Source of the DNA: Planctomycetota bacterium
Lineage (GTDB): Bacteria > Planctomycetota > JBDREB01
NCBI GenBank assembly: GCA_043820325.1
Contig: JBDREB010000262.1
Location: forward strand, 1-33,091
DNA: 33,091 nucleotides
Direction: 5' to 3'
Shown here piece after piece: positions 1-8,589 of this stretch. The position numbers and the translations under genes are program-made. Every line of letters starts with the position of its first letter. Position 1 is the first letter of the stretch. The notes under the pieces are model-generated. The model searched no databases, was not told the DNA's origin, and was given only the letters and a program-made list of their open reading frames with translations.

Positions 1-33
1 GCCGGTGGTAACCATGCTTCCTCGCAAGTCCTT

Positions 34-89
34 GTAGCTGCGGGGCTTGACCCCGCCTCCGGATGGGCGACCGCAAGGGTCGCAGCTAC
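34..89. repeat. GTAG-type REP doublet (REPIN-like)
   Basis: GTAGCTGCG (34-42) and its perfect inverse CGCAGCTAC (81-89) frame two GC hairpins: gcgggg-cttga-ccccgc and gcgacc-gcaag-ggtcgc. Confidence 0.65.
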
Positions 90-184
90 GGGGAAAAGCG
101 CGCACACAGTAGGATTGTGGACTTTTTGCGAGTCCGTCAACGTTAAATTTAAAATGGATCATGTGGTTTCGGGTCCGCGGTGCT

Positions 185-496
185 TTATCGGGGCGTGCGC
201 GACTCAATGACCACCTCGCCCGGCTTGACCCAGCCGAGGTATTTGCGGGTGGCTTCTTCCCACGCGGCGGGATCGTTGTTGTAGAGGGCCTGGATGGTGG
301 CGCGGAGCTTTTCGTTCTCCTGCCGGATGGCGCGGATCTCCTGCTGGAGGTTGGAGGTCGTCAACCGGGCCGCCTGGACATCATTGAAGGTCGATATGAT
401 GTATTTATGGTACACGAAGGCCCCGGTCACCACGATCAGGAGGGTGACTATTGTGACTGACATCCATTCGGTCTTGCGGGGCTTTTCGTTGTTCAT
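185..496 (-). CDS. ftsB: FtsB/DivIC-family septum formation initiator
   Basis: 103 aa with short basic N-terminus, one TM helix, a coiled coil (LQQEIRAIRQENEKLRATIQAL) and the family-like tail D-P-AAWEEATRKYLGWVKPGE. Confidence 0.8.
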   Translation of the reverse strand: MNNEKPRKTEWMSVTIVTLLIVVTGAFVYHKYIISTFNDVQAARLTTSNLQQEIRAIRQENEKLRATIQALYNNDPAAWEEATRKYLGWVKPGEVVIESRTPR

Positions 497-516
497 AATT
501 CGATCCGTATCAAGCC

Positions 517-544
517 ATTATAGGAAAGGGACCTCCGTCTGCAA
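517..544 (-). promoter_or_regulatory. sigma70-like promoter of the ftsB-like gene
   Basis: Minus strand reads TTGCAG-N16-TATAAT in an AT-rich divergent intergenic region. Confidence 0.55.
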
Positions 545-562
545 GTAAAATCCCGTTTTTTA

Positions 563-590
563 TTGATTTTCCCCGTTGCCGGCATACAAT
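563..590 (+). promoter_or_regulatory. sigma70-like promoter
   Basis: TTGATT-N16-TACAAT upstream of the ATG at 640. Confidence 0.5.
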
Positions 591-639
591 ATGTTTGTTT
601 GTTTATGATGGTAGGATCCTTCCTGTGAAGGGAACAGGT

Positions 640-1242
640 ATGATCAAGGTAATATTCTATTCCGCCATCCTGGTATGCACATTGGTATCAGGTCGGACTG
701 CGCCCGCACCTGCCGGCGGGGATGTGGTCGACGCCGTCCGTGCGGTCGTGCGCGCGGCTGAACCGCCCCCGGCACCGCCCGCACCGGTGCAGGTTGCCCC
801 CGCCCCGGCCCCGGCGCCTGTTCCGGCCGCACCCGCGACCGATGCCCGCCAGGTGGCCGGTGCACGGGTCAGTTTCCAGGGCGACGGTCAGGATATCGAA
901 AGCCTGGTCGACCTTGTCCGCCGCACTGCGGGCGTGAATGTGGTCATGGACACGCCCGCCATTGAACTGGCGGTGGCCGCGGGCACGGCCCGGCGTACGA
1001 TCACCCTTAAAGTCGACAACATGACACTCAAGTCGGCGCTGAACTGGATCTGCCGGCTTTCGGGGCTGGCCTGGACCCTGCAGGACGAGGCCATTTTCAT
1101 CACCACCCCCGACCGGATCAAGACCGGCGAGGCGCAGTTGCGGGTATATGATATCCGGGACCTGGCGGCCCAGCCGCAGGACTTTCCGGGACCTCATATC
1201 GAACTCGTCTCCGGCGAGGCGGATATCAGCATTTCCAATTGA
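640..1242 (+). CDS. exported secretin/TonB N-terminal (STN)-like domain protein
   Basis: Signal-peptide-like N-terminus, Pro/Ala linker, then ITLKVDNMTLKSALNWICRLSGLAWTLQDEAIFITT...RVYDIRDL...DFPGP, typical of secretin N-domains. ATG 640 preferred over 595. Confidence 0.65.
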   Translation: MIKVIFYSAILVCTLVSGRTAPAPAGGDVVDAVRAVVRAAEPPPAPPAPVQVAPAPAPAPVPAAPATDARQVAGARVSFQGDGQDIESLVDLVRRTAGVNVVMDTPAIELAVAAGTARRTITLKVDNMTLKSALNWICRLSGLAWTLQDEAIFITTPDRIKTGEAQLRVYDIRDLAAQPQDFPGPHIELVSGEADISISN

Positions 1243-1271
1243 CCCCAAGACTTGGTAGAAGGAGCAGGATC

Positions 1272-2519
1272 ATGGAATACAGAAGGATGTGGCTGGCCGT
1301 CATATGCGCGGCGATCGTGGCGGTCCCGCTGGCGGCCCAGGACGAAAAGAGCACGGAGATCACCGTGGAACCCAAAAGCCCGCTGGTGGGCAAGGCGGCG
1401 CCCGAGATCCAGGCGCCCAACTGGCTCAACACCAACCGGATGCTTCTGGCCGACTGCAAAGGCAAAGTGGTGGTCCTTGAGTTCTGGGCCACCTGGTGCC
1501 CGCCGTGCCGCGAAGCGATCCCCCACATGGTGAAGCTCCACGGCTCGTATAAAGACAAGGGCGTGGTATTCATCGGTCTGACGAGCGAAGAGAACCTGCC
1601 CGAGGTCGGCCAGTTCGTCGAAGATTTCAAGATACCCTATGCCGTCGGCGTGGGTAGTAAATCGAGCGGCGCCTACGGCGAGTCGGGCATCCCGCATGTG
1701 TTTCTCATCGACCCGGCCGGCGTCATCGCCTGGGACGGGCATCCGGGCAACGACTCGTTCGACAAGGAACTGAAAAAGCTGGTATCGGCCCTGCCCGCGC
1801 CGGCCGCGCCGGCGGCCGCACCCGGGGCGGAAGGGGATGCCGCGGCCGTGGCCGCAGACAACGCAACGGCCGAAGTCATCGCCTTCCTCAAGGATGCCCA
1901 GAAGAACCGGCAGAAGATCACCGGCAACGAGACGGAGGCCGCCGATTTCTTCGCCAAGCTGAACGGCATGATCGGTCCCTTTGTGAACGACCCCAAAGTG
2001 ATCAGGGAAGTCGTGAACATGCTCAACGCCACCTTCCGTTCGACCCTGGGCAAGGGGTCGGAGATCAAAGACCTGTGCCTGGCCGTGCTCGACAGCCTGG
2101 TGATCTGCGGCCAGTTCAGCGACGCGGCCGCCGATGGGATGATGGAGGCATTCAACACCAAGTACAGCGATGTACATCTCACGATCAAGGGGGCCGCGAT
2201 AGCGGGGATCGGCAAGATCCGGACCGTGGGCGCGGTTGAGAACCTCATCACCATCTTGCCCAAGATCTGTCCCTACCCCGAGGAACCCAATCCGTACATC
2301 CACCATAGGGGCGGGGATGATGTCAAGAGCCAGGTCTGGACGACCCTCAACGAGCCGTATTACAACGCGCTGTATACCGTGACCGGCGAAAAGCAGGTGG
2401 GCGACGCTTTCCGCGGTGTCTACTGGCGCTATTCGCAGTGGAAGAACTGGATCCAGAAGAACCGCGCCACGCTGGCCAAGAAGTTCGCCGAAGAGAAGAA
2501 AAAGGCGCTCGGTCAGTAA
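1272..2519 (+). CDS. exported TlpA-family thiol-disulfide oxidoreductase with C-terminal HEAT-like domain
   Basis: GGAG RBS before ATG 1272, signal peptide, GKVVVLEFWATWCPPC, cis-Pro loop GIPHVFLIDP, Ala/Pro linker, HEAT-like AAIAGIGKIRTVGAVENLITIL. Confidence 0.8.
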   Translation: MEYRRMWLAVICAAIVAVPLAAQDEKSTEITVEPKSPLVGKAAPEIQAPNWLNTNRMLLADCKGKVVVLEFWATWCPPCREAIPHMVKLHGSYKDKGVVFIGLTSEENLPEVGQFVEDFKIPYAVGVGSKSSGAYGESGIPHVFLIDPAGVIAWDGHPGNDSFDKELKKLVSALPAPAAPAAAPGAEGDAAAVAADNATAEVIAFLKDAQKNRQKITGNETEAADFFAKLNGMIGPFVNDPKVIREVVNMLNATFRSTLGKGSEIKDLCLAVLDSLVICGQFSDAAADGMMEAFNTKYSDVHLTIKGAAIAGIGKIRTVGAVENLITILPKICPYPEEPNPYIHHRGGDDVKSQVWTTLNEPYYNALYTVTGEKQVGDAFRGVYWRYSQWKNWIQKNRATLAKKFAEEKKKALGQ

Positions 2520-2617
2520 GAGCCGCTCAACGGGCCGGTCTCCCGTCCGCCCCGCATGTTCCCGTCATTTTCCGATCCGATCGCGGTGTGTTCGCGCGAA
2601 CGGGCGCCCAAATCCCC

Positions 2618-2645
2618 TTGCATTGCCTCCCGAAGATGGTACAAT
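2618..2645 (+). promoter_or_regulatory. sigma70-like promoter with extended -10
   Basis: TTGCAT-N16-TACAAT with TG at the extended -10 position. Confidence 0.55.
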
Positions 2646-2675
2646 AACGCTTTTTACTTTTGATCCGGCGATGTT

Positions 2676-3749
2676 ATGACCCGATGGCTGATCTTTGCGG
2701 CCCTCTGCCTGCCGGCCGGTGCATCCTGGCTGGCCGGGGAGGCGACCGCTTTGACCCCCGTCATCCAACTGGCGGCCGAGTACATCCCGAATCTTGTCTA
2801 CCACGATGAGTCGCTGACCGTGGTCATGCGGGTGACCAACCGGGGGACGGCGCCCGCGACCGGTCCGCTGCTGGTCACGGCCGTGTTCCCGGCCGGGGGG
2901 CGGACGGTGGTCGCCAGCCGCGATCTCGACCTGGCCCCCGGTGCGGAAGCCCGGCTGTCCCTGGAGTTGCCGGTGGTCGTTTTTGAACGGCCGGTCCGGA
3001 ACCTGGCCATTGCGGCGGGCACGGCTTCCTTTGCGCTGCGGCTGATCCAGCCCGGCGATCCCGTTCCCGCCTTCAGCGTCGATCCCGGTAATGCCTGCCT
3101 GGACCGGGACGGGATGCGCCTGGTCCTGGTGGTCACGCACCGTGTTTTTACCGCCAACCGGCGCTGGCTCTTTGCGCACTGGGCGGCCGGGCGGCTCTTT
3201 CCGGCCCGCGCCTGCGCCTCGATCCTGGTCATGGCCGCCCCGCTGGCGGAGGCCGGCGGTCCGCCCTCATATCTGGCATCCCTCAAGGCGGCGGTGCCGT
3301 CCGTTGACATCCTCCCCCTGGCCGATCTCCCGGCCGGCGGCGCGGCGCCGGTGCTGGTGAATTGCGCGCTGGTCCGGGACGGCTTGGCCCGGCCCGCCAG
3401 GGAACGCGCGGTCCTCTGCCTGCCGTACACGGATGTTCTGCGGGGGACCGGCCGGCGCGAGTACCGGCTGGCCGTGGAATGGATGGTCCAGATGCTGGAA
3501 CGGGCCGGATACGCGGACATCCGCATCGTGGCTCCCGCCGCACCGGCGGCGCTCGCGGGGCGCATGCAGGGGTACCTGGACGAACTGGCCGATATCGCCG
3601 GCGTATACGCACACCCGTTCATTTCCGCCGCACCGCCGGCCGCCGCCGATTATTGGGCGGTCGACCCGGACGGGAACATGGCCGGCCGTTTCCCCAATGC
3701 CCGCGGGCAGGCGGCCCTGGACCGGTCCCTGCGCGCCGTGGTGCGCTGA
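2676..3749 (+). CDS. exported hypothetical protein, Ig/CARDB-like N-domain plus degenerate SGNH-like domain
   Basis: Signal peptide; VRVTNRG...LAPGAE Ig-like pattern; C-terminal TDVLRG..REYRLAVEWMV and DG...FPNARG resemble SGNH blocks III and V. Confidence 0.5.
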   Translation: MTRWLIFAALCLPAGASWLAGEATALTPVIQLAAEYIPNLVYHDESLTVVMRVTNRGTAPATGPLLVTAVFPAGGRTVVASRDLDLAPGAEARLSLELPVVVFERPVRNLAIAAGTASFALRLIQPGDPVPAFSVDPGNACLDRDGMRLVLVVTHRVFTANRRWLFAHWAAGRLFPARACASILVMAAPLAEAGGPPSYLASLKAAVPSVDILPLADLPAGGAAPVLVNCALVRDGLARPARERAVLCLPYTDVLRGTGRREYRLAVEWMVQMLERAGYADIRIVAPAAPAALAGRMQGYLDELADIAGVYAHPFISAAPPAAADYWAVDPDGNMAGRFPNARGQAALDRSLRAVVR

Positions 3750-3750
3750 C

Positions 3751-6700
3751 ATGCCGATGCGGCGGACCGTCGGGTATCTGCTGGCCGCGGGAGCGCTCGG
3801 CCTCCTCCCCGCCCCGGCTCTTTCTGGACAGGAACATGACCACAAACTACAGACCGGGTTTGAAGCGGAGATCAACACCACTTTTATCGGCACCGCGCCC
3901 GAGGTGGAGGAGCTCATGGCCCGGGCGCAGGAACTGGTGGCCGGGGGCGACATCACCGCGGGGGTGCGCCTGATCACCAGGGTCCTCGAACAATCCCCCG
4001 CCGGGCTGGTGCGCAACACCGACGGGCTTTACCTGGGCGTGCCCGACCGGTGCGAGGAATTCCTGGCCGGCGGCGGCCCGGAACTTCTGCGGCGGTACCG
4101 CGTGGCAGTGGATGCCGCGGCCGCCGCCGCGTGCCGCGCCGGCGACGGGAAGGGGATCGTCCGCGTCGCCCGGACCTATGCCCTGGCGTCGGCGGGCGAC
4201 CGCTACCTGTTCGAGGCCGGTTCCTACCTGTTCGCTTCCGGCCATTTCGCCGGCGCGCTCAAGTGCTTCGCCAAGGTGGTGCGGTATTTCCCCGGGTCGG
4301 ACCGCCGGGATGCGGCGGCCGCCGGGGCCTGCCTGGCGGCGCACATGGCCGGGCGGGCCGCCGAGGCCGGCCGCTGGGCCGCTGTCCTGCGGGACCGGGC
4401 CGTGCCCGTGGTCATGGCCGGTCGTTCTATGCCGGTGGAGGAGTTCCTGGCCGGCGCGGCATTGCCACCCCCGGTCCCGGCGCCGGCTGCGCCGACCGTC
4501 CTGCGCGAGGTTTGGGATGTCCCGCTTGCCGCGGCCGGCGCACCCTGGCTCTTGGCCGGCGACCGGCTGTTCGTCGCCCTGCCTGAACGGCGGGTGATCG
4601 CCGCGCTTGCCGCGGTCAGCGGCTATCCGGAATGGGAACAGCCTTTTCCCGCCGCCAATGACGCGGCCGCGTTCTTCCCCTGCGGCCCCGGGCTGATCGG
4701 TCTCCTGACCCAGCACGAGGCCGGGGCCAACCTCTTCCAGTGGTTCCAGCAGGCCGATACCGCGCCGGGGGCCTATCTTTTCCTGGATGCGGCCACCGGC
4801 GCGCTCCGGCACACGGTGACCATGGTGCGGCCCAACGCCATCACGGTCCTCGACCGCCGGCCGGTCTGGATGGGCGCTTCACTCTATTTCGGTTACCGCG
4901 TCTTTCAGAAGGGGGGCGGCACGCCCGAGGTGTTCGTGGCGCGGTACGATACGACCACCGGCGCGGTGGCATGGGACACATTCATCTGCCAGGGCATGGG
5001 TGACCATGGGGGCGAACTGGTCAGCGCCGGCGGGGTCCTGGTCTATCTGACCCACCGGGGTATCGTGGCCTGCATCGAACCTTATGCGGGCGATATCGAG
5101 TGGGTCTTCCGCTATGCCCAGAATTCGGAATGGACCCGCCAGGGCGGCCGGAGCGAACGCAGCGACACCCTTGCCCGGCTCGCGGCCGGGGATGGCTTTA
5201 TGGTGGCACGGCCGATCGATGGCATCACGGATATCACTTTTGACGATGCCGGCACCATCAAGGCGATGGACCACGGCGCCGGGCTGGTGAATGCCGTGAC
5301 GGCGGGTACGGCCGTTGTCCTGCAGTATGCCGACCGGATCGCGGTGCGGCCCGCTCCGGGCCAGCCGGCCGTCGATCGCGCGGGCCCCGCCGGCATGGTG
5401 GCGCCGGGTGGGGACGGGTGGTGGTTCCAGTCGGACGGCCGCAGTCTTGGCGTGGCGGCGCTGGGACGGGAATTCCAGTCCCTGATCGCACTCTCCGCCC
5501 CCCTGACCGGCCTGGCCGGGGCGGGCGCTTTCACGGCCTTGGCCGCGCCGGAGCGGATCATCATGCTGAGCCATCGGCCGCCCGAACCGGCCGCCGTCGC
5601 GCCGACCGACCTGCTTCTGGAGGCGGGGATCGCGTTCCGGGCCCGGGAATGGGACCGGGGCGAGGCGCTCATGGAGCAGTTCTTCGGCGCGGTCGCGGCG
5701 CCGAACGCGGGGACCGGCCTTGCCGGACAGGGCCGCCGGTGCCTGGCCGGAGCGCGCCGGGCCCGCGCCGACTGGCTCTTTGCCGCCGGGCATTTCGACG
5801 AGGCCCGCACCTGGTACGAACGGGTGCTGGCGGGCGAGGGCGATCCGGACCGCCAGGTCCAGCTGGCCTGGCGGCTGGCCGAATGCCGGCGCCGGATGGA
5901 GGATTGGGCGGGGGTTATCACCGCGGCGCAGGGTATTCTGGCCGGTGACCGGCCCGGGGCGCCGATCAGCGCCGATGGACGGACGGTTCCGGCGCGCCGG
6001 TATGCCGTGGAGAGCATCCGCGAAGCGGTCGCCCGGGGCGGCGCCGCGCTCTACGAACCATATGAACAGGCCGCCCGGGCCCTGCTCGCCCGGGGCGACC
6101 AGGAGGGGGTGCTCCGGCTCTACCCCAACAGCACTGTCTACCGCACCGCGCTCCTGGCCGCGGCGGGCCGGCTGGAACGGGAGGGGGCGTTCGACCGGTC
6201 CATGGCCTGCCTGCAGGAACTGGCCGCCTCCGCGCCGGGTGAAGTCGGAGCGCGCAAGGTCTTGCAGGGTTTCTACCAGCGGCGGGGGTGGCTGGGGGCC
6301 GCGGCGGAACTTTCCCCGCCCGTGGCCGCGGCCGTTCCGCCGGCCGGCCGTTACCCGCTCGTTCCCGCCTGGGCGGCCGGGCTGGACCCCAAAGAGCGGG
6401 ACGCGGGCCTCGATCCCGCCGTGCGGTACCTGGCCGCGGATGCGGAAGGCATCTATTACGAATACGGCGGGGAGCTCGAAAAACGCGCCGTTATCGACGG
6501 CCGCCTCCTGTGGCGGGCCGACCCGGTCAAGGGCTGGGTGGGGATCACGCTCGAGATGAGCGTTCAGCCGGCGGGCATTCGCATCGCCCGGACCTTTGAC
6601 GGCATGCCCGCGGCCGCGGCCGGCCTGCGCGTGGATGATGTGATCACCGCCGTCGACGGCCGCCCCATCGGCGACCAGGGATCGTTCGTGCGGATGATCA

Positions 6701-8589
6701 TGCTCCGGCCGCCGGAGACGACGGTCACTTTCCAGGTCAACCGCGGCGGGGAATCCCGTGCGGTCGCGGTGGTCATCGGCCGGCGGCCGGCGGCCTATCT
6801 CCAGAACGATATCCGCGCCGCGACGCTCTTCGCGGGCCTGGTCATCCTTGAACGCGAATGGGGGCTGGAAGGGCGCAGCGCCGTCACCGGCGCACCGGCC
6901 TGGCGCGTGCCGATCGAAGGGCTGGCCGCCACCGCCATGCAGGGCGGGACCGTGGCGGCCGTGACCGCGGCGGGCGTGGGCTATTTCGACGCCGCCACGG
7001 GCACCCGCCTGTGGGAGGATGCCTGGGCGGGGCGCGGACTGCGGCCGGCGACCGGGGCGCCGGTGTTCGCCGGTGACCGGCTCCTGGTACCCGCCCGCGG
7101 CGCCCGGCCCGTGCTGCAATGCTACGACCGGTTGAGCGGCCGGCTGGAATACGCCATCGACGGCGCGCCGGCGGTCTATCCGGCGGGGGCGGGGTTTTAC
7201 GCCCTGTTCGACCGCGATGAGGTCCGCTTTTTTCCCGCCGCTGGCACGGCCGAATGGAGTCTGAAACTGCCGTTCGACGGGAAGGGCGAACGCGTGTTCA
7301 GCGCCGGCACCGACCCGTCCGGCACCTTGGCCGTGTGGCTGTACGGCACGGGCGGGGTCTTCCTGCGCAACGGCGCCGTGACGGCCGCCTTCAACGACGG
7401 ATCGCTGCGGGATGTCCGCCTGGCCCGGATGGTGGGCGATGTGCTCCTGGCCGTGGCCCCCGACCGGATCGTCGCCGCGCGCGCCGACGGCAGCATCCGG
7501 ACCATCGACCGCCGCGGCGACCCGCTCGATTACCCGGCCGACATCATCCCTCTCGACGCCACGCACGCGGCGGTCATCTACATGGCCGGTACGCGCCAGC
7601 GGGCCGTATGCGTGGATACCGCCGCCCTGGCCGTCGTGGGTCCCGCCTTGACGGGGGCCGGGACGCAGGCCGTTTTTTTCGCCGACCGGGGTCGCTTGTT
7701 CAGCCTGTCGCGGCGGGAACTGGTCTGCCATGCCGGCCTTACCCGGGAGGAGTCGGACGCGGCCATGGCCCGTCTCCGCGACGCGGGCGACGCCGGTTCC
7801 GCCCTCACCGCGGCGCGGATCGCCCTGGCGCGCGGGGATCCCTTCGCGGGCTATGACCTCCTGCGCCCGCATCTCGGCCGCGTGCCCGATCCCGCCCTGG
7901 GGCTGGCGGTCGAGGAGGCCTGGCGCGATCTGGCCCGGTCGGAGTTCGATGTCATCCCGCGGCGGTTCCACGCCAGCGCGGAGGGATTGGTTGCGGCATT
8001 GGGGAGCGTGGAACAGTACGCGACCGATCCCGAGGGCGCGGGGGCCGGGCGGGACTGCCGCTGGAACGGGCCCGACGACCTGTCGGCCGAGATCCGAATC
8101 GCGCCCGCGGCCCGGGCCCTGGTCATCCGGGCGGTGGTGCGCGATGACCGGCATGTGGAAGGCCCCGGCCCCCGGGCGGCGGCCGGGATGGACGCGGTGG
8201 TGGTGGCGATCGATGCCGCGCCGCAGGGGCTCGACGCCCCCCGCGTGACCCGCCGCAACCAGAACCTGTTCACGCTGACCCTGCAGACGGCCGGCGGCGC
8301 GGGCGTGCTGACCGTGCGGCGGGGGGACATGGAGATCGCGCTGGAAGGGGCGGTGCTCTCCGCCGCGATCGGCCCCGCGGAGACGGTCTATGACTTGAGC
8401 GTGCCCTGGCAGGGACTTTCGATCGACGGCCGGCGGCCCGCCGCCCTGCGGCTGACCATGCAGGCGGTGGACAACGACGGCGGGGGCGTCAAGGGCACCC
8501 TCGACTGGACCCCCGCCGTGCAGCCGGGACTGCCGGCGTACGCCCAGCGGTTCCTGCCGGCCTATTTCGCCGAACTGGTTCTGGATTGA
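3751..8589 (+). CDS. large exported PQQ-type propeller / TPR / PDZ / CBM9-like protein
   Basis: ATG 3751 follows the upstream stop and starts a signal peptide. Repeated D..TG...W blade motifs, TPR helices, PDZ (GWVGITL...MPAAAAGLRVDDVITAVDG), C-terminal WNGPDDLSA...VRDD sugar-binding-like domain. Confidence 0.75.
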   Translation: MPMRRTVGYLLAAGALGLLPAPALSGQEHDHKLQTGFEAEINTTFIGTAPEVEELMARAQELVAGGDITAGVRLITRVLEQSPAGLVRNTDGLYLGVPDRCEEFLAGGGPELLRRYRVAVDAAAAAACRAGDGKGIVRVARTYALASAGDRYLFEAGSYLFASGHFAGALKCFAKVVRYFPGSDRRDAAAAGACLAAHMAGRAAEAGRWAAVLRDRAVPVVMAGRSMPVEEFLAGAALPPPVPAPAAPTVLREVWDVPLAAAGAPWLLAGDRLFVALPERRVIAALAAVSGYPEWEQPFPAANDAAAFFPCGPGLIGLLTQHEAGANLFQWFQQADTAPGAYLFLDAATGALRHTVTMVRPNAITVLDRRPVWMGASLYFGYRVFQKGGGTPEVFVARYDTTTGAVAWDTFICQGMGDHGGELVSAGGVLVYLTHRGIVACIEPYAGDIEWVFRYAQNSEWTRQGGRSERSDTLARLAAGDGFMVARPIDGITDITFDDAGTIKAMDHGAGLVNAVTAGTAVVLQYADRIAVRPAPGQPAVDRAGPAGMVAPGGDGWWFQSDGRSLGVAALGREFQSLIALSAPLTGLAGAGAFTALAAPERIIMLSHRPPEPAAVAPTDLLLEAGIAFRAREWDRGEALMEQFFGAVAAPNAGTGLAGQGRRCLAGARRARADWLFAAGHFDEARTWYERVLAGEGDPDRQVQLAWRLAECRRRMEDWAGVITAAQGILAGDRPGAPISADGRTVPARRYAVESIREAVARGGAALYEPYEQAARALLARGDQEGVLRLYPNSTVYRTALLAAAGRLEREGAFDRSMACLQELAASAPGEVGARKVLQGFYQRRGWLGAAAELSPPVAAAVPPAGRYPLVPAWAAGLDPKERDAGLDPAVRYLAADAEGIYYEYGGELEKRAVIDGRLLWRADPVKGWVGITLEMSVQPAGIRIARTFDGMPAAAAGLRVDDVITAVDGRPIGDQGSFVRMIMLRPPETTVTFQVNRGGESRAVAVVIGRRPAAYLQNDIRAATLFAGLVILEREWGLEGRSAVTGAPAWRVPIEGLAATAMQGGTVAAVTAAGVGYFDAATGTRLWEDAWAGRGLRPATGAPVFAGDRLLVPARGARPVLQCYDRLSGRLEYAIDGAPAVYPAGAGFYALFDRDEVRFFPAAGTAEWSLKLPFDGKGERVFSAGTDPSGTLAVWLYGTGGVFLRNGAVTAAFNDGSLRDVRLARMVGDVLLAVAPDRIVAARADGSIRTIDRRGDPLDYPADIIPLDATHAAVIYMAGTRQRAVCVDTAALAVVGPALTGAGTQAVFFADRGRLFSLSRRELVCHAGLTREESDAAMARLRDAGDAGSALTAARIALARGDPFAGYDLLRPHLGRVPDPALGLAVEEAWRDLARSEFDVIPRRFHASAEGLVAALGSVEQYATDPEGAGAGRDCRWNGPDDLSAEIRIAPAARALVIRAVVRDDRHVEGPGPRAAAGMDAVVVAIDAAPQGLDAPRVTRRNQNLFTLTLQTAGGAGVLTVRRGDMEIALEGAVLSAAIGPAETVYDLSVPWQGLSIDGRRPAALRLTMQAVDNDGGGVKGTLDWTPAVQPGLPAYAQRFLPAYFAELVLD

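Noticed and set aside
3433-3750. N-terminal extension of the 1718-aa ORF
   Set aside because: Overlaps the upstream gene by more than 300 nt; the signal peptide starts at ATG 3751
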